Source of the DNA: Tubiluchus corallicola
Lineage: Eukaryota > Animalia > Priapulida
Assembly (NCBI GenBank): GCA_030141605.1
Contig: JAQGDQ010000887.1
Location: 1-64,000 of the forward strand
Length of the DNA stretch: 64,000 nt
Direction of reading: 5' to 3'
This document shows, one piece after another, positions 1-11,924 of the stretch (the first letter of the stretch is position 1; the number at the start of each line of letters is the position of its first letter). The notes under the pieces were generated by a model. The model was not told the origin of the DNA. It saw only the letters and a list, made by a program, of their open reading frames with translations, and made no database searches. The position numbers and the translations under genes are program-made.

Positions 1-422
1 AGAGAGGGAGAGAAAGAGAGAGAGCAAGCAGGAGGGAAAAGGACAGAGAGTGGGGAGAGGAGGAAGGTTGGAGAAAGAGAGAGAAAGTGCAGCACTTACT
101 AGCTTAGAGAAAGAAAGAGAGAGAGTGGGTGAGTGAGAGAGAGAGAGAGCAAGCAAGAGGAAAAAAGACAGAGAGGCAGGGAGAGGGGAAGGAAGGAGAA
201 AGAGAGAGAAAGTGCAGCACTTACTAGCTTAGAGAAAGAAAGAGAGAGAGAGTGAGTGTGTGAAAGAGAGAGAGAAAGAGAAAGAGAGAGAGAGCGAGCA
301 AGAGTGGAAAGGACAGAGAGACAGGGAGAGGGGAAGGAAGGAGAAAGAGAGGGAAAGTGCAGCACTTACTAGCTTAGAGAAAGAAAGAGAGTGAGTGAGT
401 GAGTGTGTGAAAGAGAGAGAGA

Positions 423-474
<52 letters not shown>

Positions 475-556
475 AAGCAAGAGGGGAAAAGACAGAGAGA
501 CAGGGAGAGGGGAAGGAAGGAGAAAGAGAGAGAAAGTGCAGCACTTACTAGCTTAG
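1..556. repeat. GA-rich compound minisatellite, at least 4 units
   Basis: Anchor GTGCAGCACTTACTAGCTTAG recurs at 87, 212, 357 and 536, separated by (GA)n-rich spacers. Confidence 0.9.
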
Positions 557-1026
557 CCCTTTATTGTTAAAATCTCGCACTGTCAAAGATCTATGGCTCA
601 TTTGTAACACGATACACTTTCCGTCAGACCACCTATGGCCACTTCGTGTGATCTTTGACAAGAAAATTGCTCATGACGCCTGCCGTCTAATCCTCTGTAA
701 CAATGTCGGTTTACTTTTACTTTCAGCTATGTATGAAATTAGATTTATGTCTATTGCTCATGTCTGTGAGTCCTTACCATGTGGTGTGGTCTCCTAGGTC
801 ATGTATAGCTCTAAAGCAACATTGAGTCGACGAGTTCGAACACGAATCGTTGTCATCACACTTCGACAGCAAATAATTGTTGTCTGTCTTCATGCTTATG
901 CCAGTGATTTTATTTGCTTGTGTAGTGAAATTTTTTGTTTAAATTACAAAGAGTGTCTCTTCAAACATTATTTTTAAACAGAATAAAGTTTTTTACGAAA
1001 TTAATCATTCCTTCCTCGCTCGCTCC

Positions 1027-1029
<3 letters not shown>

Positions 1030-1125
<96 letters not shown>

Positions 1126-1267
1126 AAAACCTAATATATGTAAACTGATTATTTTCATCGGTAGTGTTTGATTTAATAATAATTGAATTATAATCATTAT
1201 ATATATATATATAACTATCGAATTATATACATACACACACACACATATATATATAAATACATACATG

Positions 1268-1322
<55 letters not shown>

Positions 1323-1330
1323 TATAATTC
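1030..1330. repeat. (CT)n and (AT)n/(AC)n microsatellites
   Basis: Read directly; explains the LS- and RE-repeat ORFs in the track. Confidence 0.95.
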
Positions 1331-1717
1331 GATAGTTAGATAGATAGACAATTACCAATGCACTGATTTTTTAGACACTACGGTTTCTTAAAATAATCTA
1401 AAAAATCTGTTATGTATATAGGAATGGCTGCTCGATGTCCCCTGGTCCTTCACCATCCTGTTTCCATTTTCTTAATTTAATTATGTAATTTTATGTAATC
1501 TTATTAAGGGAGACAAATAAACCTACCTTGAATTGAATTGAATTGAATCAATCCGGTTTTTCCGGTTTTTTTTTCATTCTTATCAAACATAATTTTATTG
1601 TGAAAACCTGACAATCAGAGAACTCAACGATATTTCTGTAAACTTTTAATTATGTAAATATTATAAGTCTTTATTACGATTTAAACAACGCAGTTCAGCA
1701 AGCCAGAAAGGCTAAAA

Positions 1718-2130
1718 CAGGGGTGTGCAAACTGCGGCCCGCCGAGAGATCTCGTGCGGCCCGCGAAGAGGTTTGTCAACGTAATGAAAGTGCGGCCCAC
1801 GCGATCTAGCTGAAGTCTGCGCCAATATCGCAAAGATAGTGCGGGTAGTTTTTTCCTCTAAATCGGATGGCATTAACCCTTACAAGACCGTTGTCACTTA
1901 ATGTCACTGTTGGACATGACGAAATATTTGGTTTTTAATATAAATTTTAATAATTTCTAAAATAGTTTTTTGAGTGTAGTATGCAGTAGTAATGATATGA
2001 CAGATCAGATGCAGAAAAATCGTTATTAGGTCCTACTGTACTTGGCTCCTTGACCAAACTGCATGTGGCCCACAGGAATTGCGGGAATGTTTAATGTGGC
2101 CCGACTAGTCAGATAATTTGCACACCCCTG
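1718..2130. mobile_element. Non-autonomous hAT (Charlie/Buster-type) MITE, 413 bp
   Basis: TIRs CAGGGGTGTGCAAA ... TTTGCACACCCCTG; perfect 8-bp TSD GGCTAAAA (1710-1717, 2131-2138) with central TA; subterminal GCGGCCC motifs. Confidence 0.92.
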
Positions 2131-3092
2131 GGCTAAAACCTACCGGTCCTTGGTTTAGTATAATTTAGCTTGAGGGAATTTGGGCGAGTGTGGCCCCGTT
2201 TTCTCTCTTTCTCTTCTTCACGGCACGAAGGAGCTCCGCCTCTTTGAAATCCTTTATCATTATTGACTATACACCAAGTGATTTAATCTCCGCGCTTGTA
2301 TACATTATACAGTTCCCAGAAACTTGTAAACAAACACATGAGGAAGAGTAATAAACGCTTAGGGTAAGAGAGTGAGAGTAACTCATTGTTATAGAAGTTG
2401 GGAATGGAATGACTTCGGGGGGTATATAAGCTAGGAAGCTGATGACTAATCTGATTTCACTGAAACAGGTGGGTAAAGATAACTCCTAGTAAAGGGGTAC
2501 CTTGAACACATCGCAATAGAATTTCTCTGTTCAGATTCTGTTAGAATGCAGTCTCCAGTTCCCACAACAAAAAATCGGCCGAAATCGGCTTTGATTCTTT
2601 TGAGATATACGCACTAATCCAAGATGGCGCCTACTGGTGCCAAAAGGGTACATCTCCTAAATCATCGTGCCTAGATGGAAAATATTTATTATTGGCGGAT
2701 AGGAAAGTGCACCAGAGGGTTCCAAAAATGCTGTCGTTTTTCTTCAATGACGTCACGATGATGTCACAATACTATTATTGCGTAATTAGGAACATCCCTG
2801 CTTCATTGTTGAAAATGGGTTGCAATTTGTTCCAAGTTATCTGCTATTTTTACCCCCCAAAAGTGAATCTAAACTATTTAAGAACGTTAAACTCCTACTC
2901 AATGTTTGTGTTATCATTTGTTCTATAACTCCTATCATTAGTTTCTCTTGAGGTGGCATTAAAACAAACTAGAAGCCCTTCCCTAAACAAAAGAAACTTT
3001 TAACGTAGCCATTTCGTCACATTTAACGTCTCCCCGAACGTCGACTGTCACGCACGTCAAGTTAAAATAAAATTAAAGCCCATTGAAATAAT

Positions 3093-3500
3093 TTCTCTTT
3101 CACTTTCTTTTCCTCATTTCTTTTTCCTCCTTCTTCTCTGTCTCCTATATGTCTTCTCCTCGTCTCTTTTCTCCTCTTTTCTCTTCTCTTTACTCTCTTA
3201 TCCAGTCGGCTTCACTGTATTTGTTCCGTTCGATTCTCTTCTGTTTTCTTCTATTTTATTTTATATTATTTTGTTTTGTTTTGTATTGTTTTATTTTACA
3301 GTTTGTTCTTTTTTATTTCATTTTAGTTATTCTATTTTATTCTATTCTGTTTTGTTCTATTTTGTGCTGTCCTTTCCTGTCTTGTCCTGTTCTGTCCTGT
3401 CCTGTCCTGCCCATCCCATCCCGCCCTACTCTGTCCTATTCTGCCCTGCCCCGCCCAATCTTGTCCTGTCCTTTGTTTTGTTTCATCTGATTTCTTTGAT
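3093..3500. repeat. Pyrimidine-rich pentanucleotide low-complexity tract (CTCTT/TTCTA/CTGTC)
   Basis: Read directly; intronic, just upstream of the GATA N-finger exon. Confidence 0.85.
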
Positions 3501-3663
3501 TTTATTAAATTTTGTCATTTCACAAAAATTTTGTCCTGGAGCAAGACATTGTTAAAGCACGAAGTTTATTTTTGACAGTGTATCCACACAATATTTTCCA
3601 CATAATAACTTGTGCATTACATGTAGCTACATGAGAATATAACACCCACTTCTCCATTTACAG

Positions 3664-3830
3664 AGTTTGTTGATTACTTCGCTGAGGGTCGCGAATGTGT
3701 CAACTGCGGTGCCATATCAACACCGTTATGGAGGAGAGATGGTACTGGTCACTACCTGTGCAATGCTTGCGGCTTGTATCACAAAATGAACGGAATGAAT
3801 CGGCCATTAATTAAACCACAACGGCGTCTA
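3664..3830 (+). CDS. GATA4/5/6: GATA4/5/6 transcription factor, N-terminal zinc finger exon
   Basis: Acceptor tttacag at 3663; translates [56 protein letters not shown]; donor GTATGT at 3831, with an alternative in-frame GTGAGT at 3846. KPQRRL is the GATA4/5/6-type residue pattern. No upstream exons were found in the window. Confidence 0.97.
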
Positions 3831-4761
3831 GTATGTAACACACAGGTGAGTAAAGTTACTGCTAAGTGCATATTAATCTAGTTGTGCACTAAAGTAAAAA
3901 ATTATGTTACTTTACAGCAATTTTATGAGTATATCGTACTCGCGTTGAAAGGTTTTTTGTTTGTTTTCATTTTAAGTTTCCCGCGAAACTATTCCGACAG
4001 CGTCATTACATGACGTCATATACGCACAACGTAAATCAGGGGAAGAAAAGTAAATGTTGAATTATGTCCCAAAAAAGTTCCATGCAAAATTTTATTACTT
4101 AGCATTTCGTTTACCTGCTTGAAAGACTTATGTAACTAGAAATAATAATTTGAAATGTTCGTGTCAATTGGTAAAATGTCATTGACTCACCTACTAGGGT
4201 GCGCCCCTCACTAACCAAAAAACGTATTTTTAATCTTATTGACAAGATGCAGTATTTTAAAATTTTACTTACTTAGTAACATGTGTGCTGCGAATGCTCT
4301 GATTATTTTTTCAAACTTTACACAATGTTTTTTAACTTGTTTCAAATGTCTTATCGTCAAAATGGCTGCGTCTAACGGTCATCGCGGGAATTTAAATTTA
4401 CATGTTTTATACAGCGTTATTGCCGACGCAAGCCTAATTTACAAAACGGCAGTATGTAAGTGATATAAAATTACAAGACGAATTTTTAAGCTTTGTGTAA
4501 GTGGAGGGTTTTTTTGTACTTTAAATCCTAATCAGTGTATTATCACGTGCGTCATTAGTTGCTATCGTTGTGCCACTACCAATTAATGATGAGTGTTTCT
4601 GTCTTGTCAATTGTCATCATCGTAGCCACTACATGTATCATCATCTGGTTGTAAAATCTTTTAGAGCTTATGAAATGATAGATTCTAGCATTCGTTTTTC
4701 AATGCTTCTTACAAAACTGCAGTTTACAATCATATTAAGTTCATGTTGCTGTAATTATGAT

Positions 4762-4778
4762 ATAATTATAATAATGTC

Positions 4779-4832
<54 letters not shown>

Positions 4833-4930
4833 AATAATAATAATAATAACAGTAACAGTAACAATAACGACGACGACGACGACGACGACAACAACAACAA
4901 TAACAATAATAATAATAATAATAATAATAG
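4762..4930. repeat. Compound trinucleotide microsatellite (AAC/AAT/GAC)n
   Basis: Read directly. Confidence 0.95.
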
Positions 4931-5804
4931 TGCCGACAGTTCTTTAAAATTATTCTACTTAGCTGCTGCTGCCTAACTTTATTAACAACACAGGGAAAAA
5001 TGTCAAAGTTATCGAAAGTTCAAATTATTCAAAATGAGCATGCTAATCCGGAGCCCACCTACAGTAATTGTTATGTTTAAGAGGTTAATGATTTAGGAAG
5101 GCTTGCAACGAACTACCTTTTTATGGTACCTTCTTTGTAATGCCCCGTTTCCTTGGTGAATTCACAGTGCATTGTCTTTGCTCCTATGCCAAGTAAAATG
5201 TAATTCATTACTTCCAAAAATTTGTAAAATCACATTCACAGAGTTTTGCTGTGTCATTTAGTAAATACAAGGAGTTTATTTTGACAGAACTTTGCAGGGC
5301 ATTTTTAAACATTTCTGAATCAGCAGTGACGAGAAATAATCATGGTTGAAAACAACACCTATACACACGTTCTTTTGTTTTTAAAATGCCTTGTATTACG
5401 GCATTGTTTGTATTTCGCAATCCAAACGTTACGATGAATGGCTAAGGATAACAAAACGTAGCAATCAACCAAGCGACATTATAATTATTATTATTATCAT
5501 GGCAGCTTTTAACTTTATCAATTCTAGATCTGATCAACCAAAAAATATTCTGTTAACAAAATAATCGTTTGGCACATCAGTGATCTTTGCAAGCTTGCTG
5601 TGTTAATTTAATCCTCGTGTTATCCCACAATACTTTATAGCCACTTTAAATGCCCCATAATTCAGCTACCAGCAACATCACAAATAATTTATGAGTTTGC
5701 CCCAAAAAATCTTCAAGTGTTTCTCATTAACGATACAACTTAAACACCTACTTTAAAAATTTCATAGGGTTTTTATACATGGAAGCATGTATGGGCATAC
5801 TAGA

Positions 5805-6250
5805 AGGTTCCATTTGGTAATATTAGGTTCCATGGTTAGTTGGTTGATTCCACGGTAGTGCTATGTGTGTTCCATGGTAATGTTAGGTTGGTTCCTTGAT
5901 AATGTAAGGTTCCAAGGTCATATTAGGCTCTGTGGTAATGCAAGGTTCCATGGTAATGCAACATTCCATGGTAATGCAAGGTTTCATAATAATGTTAGGT
6001 TCCATGGTAATGTTAGGCTCCATGGTGGTGTTAGGCTCCATGGTAATGTTAAGTTCCATAGTAATGCTAAGTTCCATGGCAATGTTAGGTTCCATGGTAA
6101 TGTTAAGTACCATGGTAAAGTTAAGTTTCATGGTAATGTTAGATTCCATGGTAATGTTAGGTTTCGTGGTGATGTTAAGTTCCATGGTAATACTAAGTTC
6201 CATGGTAATGTTAGGTTCCATGGTAATGTTAGATTCCATGGTTATGGTTA
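5805..6250. repeat. 18-bp minisatellite, about 24 units, consensus GGTTCCATGGTAATGTTA
   Basis: Tandem units visible; lies in the GATA intron between the two finger exons. Confidence 0.93.
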
Positions 6251-6572
6251 AGCTTTAAAACATAAGAAAACATGTTGTATTTGGTTGACAAACATTTTAA
6301 GCTATTAAGAATTTTCTTTGCCAGTTTACATGAGTCTTTCAAACAGGTAAACGTAATGCAAGGTAATATAACTTTGTCAGAAAAGCTCTTTGGGAAATAC
6401 TTTAACAATTTTCTTTTATTTTATTCCTATTTCAAGTAATGAGTTCTGTAAAACTTTTACAATTTAGAAGCATCCACTGTTCAGAATGGTGGAAGCGGCT
6501 ATATGTTACATAACCCTCATGGCACGCCTTAAAGTCATTTAATAAGTTTTTATTCATTGTTCCACAATGAAG

Positions 6573-6701
6573 CAACCAGCATCAAGAAGACAAGGGTTGT
6601 CCTGTGCTAACTGCCATACTTCCACCACCACACTCTGGAGGAGAAACAATGAAGGGGAACCAGTGTGCAATGCCTGTGGACTGTATTTCAAATTACATAA
6701 T
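6573..6701 (+). CDS. GATA4/5/6: GATA4/5/6 C-terminal zinc finger exon
   Basis: Translates [43 protein letters not shown]; phase-0 acceptor AAG ending at 6572; donor GTGAGT at 6702. Confidence 0.96.
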
Positions 6702-7364
6702 GTGAGTATCAGCAAAGTACATCTATAGGACATCAGCGGGCACTTAATTATTCATTAAATTATCCATCGAGTTAATGAATTGATCTATTCAGAAAGAAAA
6801 CAATATGTTCTGTCAGTGCAACAGAAAAAAGTGGGTTGTGCCCTTGAGTTTTGAAAACATCCTTATCTATTAATTATACATAGTTCTTTTGGTTTCAACA
6901 TATAAAAAACTAAATTGTCTTTATACAAATAGTGTTCAATGTAGCATTCACTTAAACTTTTACCTGACTGGAGATTCTGTGTTAAGACATTAACATGAAA
7001 AACCAAAATAACTGGAACATCAAAATAGGTAAATATATTGTTGATAAAATAAAAATTTGCCTTGAAAAAAATAAAAAAAAATCGTCGTTATAGTGAAACA
7101 GGCGTCGTTAAGTGAAAAAAGGTGTCAAATGACCAGCATCGTTAAAACAGCATGTTACTAAAGGGGAAGTAGTTCAGTGAGGACTCACTGTAGCTGTTCA
7201 CTACACATATATTGTACTACGGATGTTATTTGAAACGTGAAATCAAAATTCTCTACGTATTGGTTAAAAAATTGTCGCAACAAGTTTAACTCATTACATT
7301 AATTCATCACATTTAACTAAATGTTACATTTTTTTACTTATTTACTGGCAGAAAGCTATTTAAG

Positions 7365-7660
7365 TGACGGTTGTATTGTGTTTCTTACACAATATATTTT
7401 TAAGCACTGTGATATTGCATGTTTAAGAAAAGTGTACGTTGTTGCAGAGCCTATCCTGAAAGCACTCGGAGAGCTACACATGCAAAATGATTGTATGTTT
7501 CTTACAGAACATGTTTTTAAATCACTCTGAATTATTGCATGTTTGAGAAACGTGTACTTTGTTGCAGAGCCTATCCTGAAAAGCACTACACATGTAAAAT
7601 GATTGTATGTTTCTTACAGAACATTCTAAAAGTGCTCTGGAATATTACATGTTTAAAACA
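7365..7660. repeat. ~115-120 bp tandem repeat, about 2.5 copies
   Basis: GTTGCAGAGCCTATCCTGAAA at 7441 and 7561; TGTTTCTTACA recurs at ~7379, 7496 and 7608. Confidence 0.85.
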
Positions 7661-7751
7661 ATTATACGTATGTTTCTTATGTCCAATATGTGTAGCAGCT
7701 GTCCAAATCTGTTCCCTTGTGCCAAGTTGAAATTGCACTGCTGAATTGCAG

Positions 7752-7893
7752 GTAAACCGACCCTTAGCTATGAAGAAAGAGGGCATCCAGACCCGGAAAC
7801 GGAAGCCAAAAAATGCTAACAAAACCAAGACCAGCAATGGTTCCACCAGCAGCACAGATTCCAAATCTTTGCCTAATACACCAACTACTCCAG
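7752..7893 (+). CDS. GATA4/5/6: GATA4/5/6 basic-domain exon
   Basis: Acceptor ttgcag; [20 protein letters not shown] (GATA4/5/6 signature, versus TRNRK in GATA1/2/3) ... NTPTTP; phase-1 donor GTAGGA at 7894. Confidence 0.96.
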
Positions 7894-8575
7894 GTAGGAA
7901 TGTTTCACAGAGTTTATTATCAACTCACTATTAACTTTTATTAGACAAAAATATAGAAATACAGCCTCCATTACTTTGTTCTATCTAGACACTTTTCACC
8001 GTGCATCTGATACCTCCTGGCCAACCTTGACTTGGCGCATACAAATGTACACTAAATTGGAAAATGGCCTCAAGTTATACTGGCCAGTAACTTTTAGCCA
8101 TCATCTTTGGACGAATTTGCTCATTATCGTTCTATTACACGAGCTTTTGAAATTATAGCTTTAATGTTTAGCATGCAGAGTATGGGGCCCAGTTTTTCAC
8201 AATGTATCACTTCAGACTCATTGCACCATTCCTCGTAACAATTTGCACATAACTATAAGTACATGTAAAAAATTTCTGATCGGGAACCAAATGCAGAAAT
8301 GTAAAATTCTAATAAATCATTAAATTACTCCTTGAGATATATCAAGTTATTGACTGTTCAAAAGATCATGATGAGACAAGTTTACCTGTCTGTAATGATT
8401 GACCTTCTCAAGAGCAACAGACATTTGAAAAACACGACAGACAAAACAATTACAATACTCAAGACACAAAATTAGTAACAGTGAATTTGTAACATGAATA
8501 TGGAATTTCGTATTATTGTTTACTGCTAAAATATAAACCATACACAACAACTATACGGAAAACTTCTGTTTAGCA

Positions 8576-8693
8576 TTATGCTACACTTCATTGTTTTCTA
8601 TGGAAAAAACTGTTTGTGATGTGCTAATGCTTACTTATGCTACACTTCATTGCTTTCTATGGAAAAAACTGTTTGTGATGTGCTAATGCTTAC
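8576..8693. repeat. 59-bp direct tandem duplication
   Basis: TTATGCTACACTTCATTG...GTGCTAATGCTTAC occurs twice with one mismatch. Confidence 0.9.
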
Positions 8694-8854
8694 ATATATA
8701 CATATAACTTCTAACTGCATAAATTATATATAGTATGTGGAATAGTTTAAGAGTTGGGAAGCTGAAGACTTTGTTCATCCTGTTTCATTTTGCAAGCTGA
8801 TACTTATTAAGTCTGCACTCCAAAGTAATTTTGCAAAATTTTGGAATTTTTCAG

Positions 8855-8920
8855 ATGTGAAGCCACAACTGTCCTATAATTCACCTTATGCTGCTGCTAT
8901 GCTTTCAAATCAGTCACATG
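8855..8920 (+). CDS. GATA4/5/6: GATA C-terminal small exon A (66 nt, phase 1-1)
   Basis: Acceptor tttttcag; (D)VKPQLSYNSPYAAAMLSNQSH; donor GTAAGC; frame preserved from the previous exon. Confidence 0.85.
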
Positions 8921-9511
8921 GTAAGCTTACTAAACTACTTTTCAGAATTAATTAATAACTTTCAAACCACGCTTTAACAAATGAAATGCTTACCTTTGCC
9001 AGTGTGTAACTGCTGCAGTAATTGAAAATACCCCGAGAGCTGACCATTGGTCATAGGCTTAACCAGTGTACACTGAGCAGGACACAGAAATGCATGCAAC
9101 GGTTGTTTGTCAATGGGTGTTGATTCGCCTGGTTAACATGGTTGTGAGGAAATTGGTCAAAAGAAACTGCAGAAACAACAAAATTTAATTATAAGCTGCC
9201 AGGTTGCTCTTCTTGGTCCTCTATGCTAGTGGAACAGGTGCTATGATGGTACAAAGCACCTACTAGACCATGGGATCTTTCCACACAATGCATTTATGCC
9301 TGCTATGCATTGTTGAAATGCAGTGTTTTCGTACAAACGAGTACCAGCACAATGTAGATGGTGGTTGAAAATTATTGCCGTTATTATAAAAATCGTTAAA
9401 ATTGCTCAGTAATTATCTTACTGAGGTTGTCCTTACAACACTCTGCTTTCTCCAGCTGAGTAGGTTGTTTCTTAATATATTCAGTGTTGCTTGTAAGCAA
9501 AAAAGAATTAA

Positions 9512-10129
9512 AGGAAGCCTGGATGATTTTTTTACATTGTATCCCATTTTCAAGTCCGATAAAAAATAGACGTTTTAAAGCAATTAGTACTGCAAAAACG
9601 TTTCTGACAATTAAATAATAGAGTAAAAATTTAATTAAGGGTGTGCAAGCCCAACTGTTGATGACATCACAAACTAACATACTTTTCAATAGCAAAAATA
9701 TTCCACGAGTGTGTTGCATGTGTTTGCGAAAGTCAAAATTGAAGTACAGTGATACTGTAAGATATTCAGTGTGTTGTACTAAAACTAGGCAAGTTTTAAG
9801 ATAAAAATTCAAATTTTAAATTTACTGCTGTGCTCATGCATGAGCTGTCGAACGTGTGTAATTCGTCACACGCTTACACATCTGAATTGAGAGGTACAGC
9901 ACCTGTTTTTTGTCGAAAGCGTTTCTGAAATGTAGGCGCTAGTGCCTGTCTAGCCAACAAATGGCAAAATGCATGTATCAGGGAAGAACAAGTGACACGA
10001 ATGTGAAATTATGTTTGTGTGATAATAATTCTTTCACGTAAATCATTCTCAAAAAGTAGCACGTTTCTTTTCAATATTTTAAGGCATAGGTTGTTTTCAC
10101 CAACATTTAGGATTTGGTCCGGCTTTGCT
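9512..10129. mobile_element. Non-autonomous DNA transposon, Kolobok-like; second copy at ~19765-20259
   Basis: Flanked by TTAA; imperfect TIRs (AGGAAGCCTGGA / TCCGGCTTTGCT); long homology with 19850-20230, e.g. GATATTCAGTGTGTTGTACTAAAACTAGGCAAGTTTTAAG. Family assignment is inferred. Confidence 0.65.
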
Positions 10130-10158
10130 TTAACTTTAATCTATCGAATCTATTGCAG

Positions 10159-10230
10159 AGGTAAAGTCACTGAGTCAGCTCACTCAAGGACACACTTTCT
10201 ACTCGGCGCCTCTTATAACATCACCTGTAG
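10159..10230 (+). CDS. GATA4/5/6: GATA C-terminal small exon B (72 nt, phase 1-1)
   Basis: Acceptor tattgcag; (E)VKSLSQLTQGHTFYSAPLITSPV; donor GTAAGT; open and frame-symmetric. Confidence 0.75.
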
Positions 10231-10732
10231 GTAAGTACAGTGCCAGATTAGGGCTCTGCTGCTCCTAAGGCACATTTTGAAAAGTGGCCTGAAAATACAA
10301 ATTATTTGGGCTCTCACTGAGCAAAAGAAAAAAGTTAAACGTAGTAAAAGGAAGTTTATTACTCAAAAACCTTAGAACAACCAATATTTTTAAAACTAAT
10401 TACTATTAGTAGATATGCCCCTAGCTCGGCTTGGATTTCATGGACTTTTTAGATGGGCAGTATTTTGAGATGTGCCCCATCTACTGGCAAGACCAATACT
10501 TGAATTTCTCAAAACTATTGCTCAACTTAGATTTCATGACCAACAAAAAAGGAGATTTAGCAGCCTAAGCAGCAGAAGACTCACTCACTCATGCAGTACC
10601 CTGTCATTGGACAAATTGAGTTTCTTTTCAATCAATAATTTTCCTCTGATGTCATTGAGCTTTAACTCTACTGTCATTTGGTCAAACACTATTTGGTTGT
10701 CATGATTTCATAGGGGGTGTCAATAAAATAGT

Positions 10733-11226
10733 TGTTGGCTGGCATCCTTCTGTCTCGGAAGACAATGGAATGTGCGCCAAGAGAGTCCGATCCTTGAACG
10801 TCTCCAGGGTGCACGCCTGGGCTAGGTGTAAGGAGATCCTGAGTTGCCCAGACCACAGGAACCCCCTCTCTTCCTCCCTGGTGTAGTTCAAAGGAAAGTG
10901 GAACGATACGTTTGGTACCAAGTTGGCTGCAGGAGTCAGTGAGCATGCTGCACTGGTCCGCCTTCGGGGCTTCACTCCTGATTTGGAAGTTTTACTCCTC
11001 TACACATGGCCGTTGGGTCACTTGACCTCCTCCACCCTCTAGCCGTTGGCTGTTTGTACAGCTCCTCCGCCTAGTGTCGAGATACAGTGTGAGCCTACAG
11101 CACCTGGTATTCCTAGGCGGTCGCCCATCCAAGCACTAACCAGGCTCTACGTTGCTTAACTTCAGTGATCAGACGAGAACCGGTCTTTTCAACGTGACTT
11201 GGCCATTGTATGAATATATGAATATA
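10733..11226 (-). mobile_element. 5S rRNA-derived SINE (SINE3) with RTE-like 3' tail
   Basis: 11092-11210 is a full-length, diverged 5S rRNA sequence on - (...GAAGTTAAGCAACG...TTGGATGGGCGACCGCCTAGGAATACCAGGTGCTGTAGGCT); body and tail shared with 28335-28602; 12-bp TSD CAATAAAATAGT (10721-10732, 11227-11238). Confidence 0.9.
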
Positions 11227-11456
11227 CAATAAAATAGTAACCAATCTTTAATACTAATTTAAGTAACAAGTAATATTTCAGTATCTATCTATGTCAGTCT
11301 TCTGCAAGTGAAATATGCATTTATTACATCAGGGAGCATTTATTTCACATTCCTGAATAGTATCTGTAGTTTCTGTAACATGTACTTAAACGCATATAGA
11401 CTAATAGACTGGTGCAATTTGTCTTTTTTTAAATTTGATTTTTCATTTCTTCATAG

Positions 11457-11498
11457 ATATCAAACCAATCGTAAGCCCTGGAATGGTGTATAATATAG
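11457..11498 (+). CDS. GATA4/5/6: GATA C-terminal microexon C (42 nt, phase 1-1)
   Basis: Long polypyrimidine tract plus catag acceptor; (D)IKPIVSPGMVYNI; donor GTAAGA. Confidence 0.78.
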
Positions 11499-11924
11499 GT
11501 AAGATAATTATTAGTCAGCAGTCTGCATTTAGAATTCTATCAATATAAAAACTTCTGCTTTGCAAATTTGCTAGACACTGTAGAAACGAATCAGCAAGGT
11601 GTAACATGGTTTATGGATCTGACAACTAATCAGTTTGTCCAGGTATCATAATCCCATTGACAATGTCCTACTGTTTCGTTAAAATGTCTCTGTACCTTGC
11701 AATCCTAACTCTGCCAATGGCAACTTATAACATGCAAACAGGTTCAGAAGCAATGATTCATTCTAATGTATGACCACCATTTTGAACTAGAACTGTCTCG
11801 ATGTTTCTAATGAATAAAGTACATTTCCTCCCTCATATAAGGGTGACATTTGTGTGGCTTTATCTCTGAAGTTTTATAGCAAGAAAACTAATAGTATCTA
11901 ATTATTTAGATTGTTTTCTTTTAG

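Noticed and set aside
99-1266. ORFs with LS/RE repeats (also 21530-21889 and 58532-59025)
   Set aside because: Translations of (CT)n/(GA)n microsatellites or N gaps.
5865-6258. His-rich FHGNVR repeat protein
   Set aside because: An 18-bp unit keeps frames open automatically; it is intronic, with no convincing splice sites or start.
11092-11210. Functional 5S rRNA gene
   Set aside because: Diverged, lacks an oligo-T terminator, continues into a SINE body and is flanked by a TSD.
11643-11741. Additional phase-1 GATA exon (GIIIPLTMSY...)
   Set aside because: Open frame, but weak donor (GTTCAG), atypical hydrophobic composition and no D/E-x-K start.
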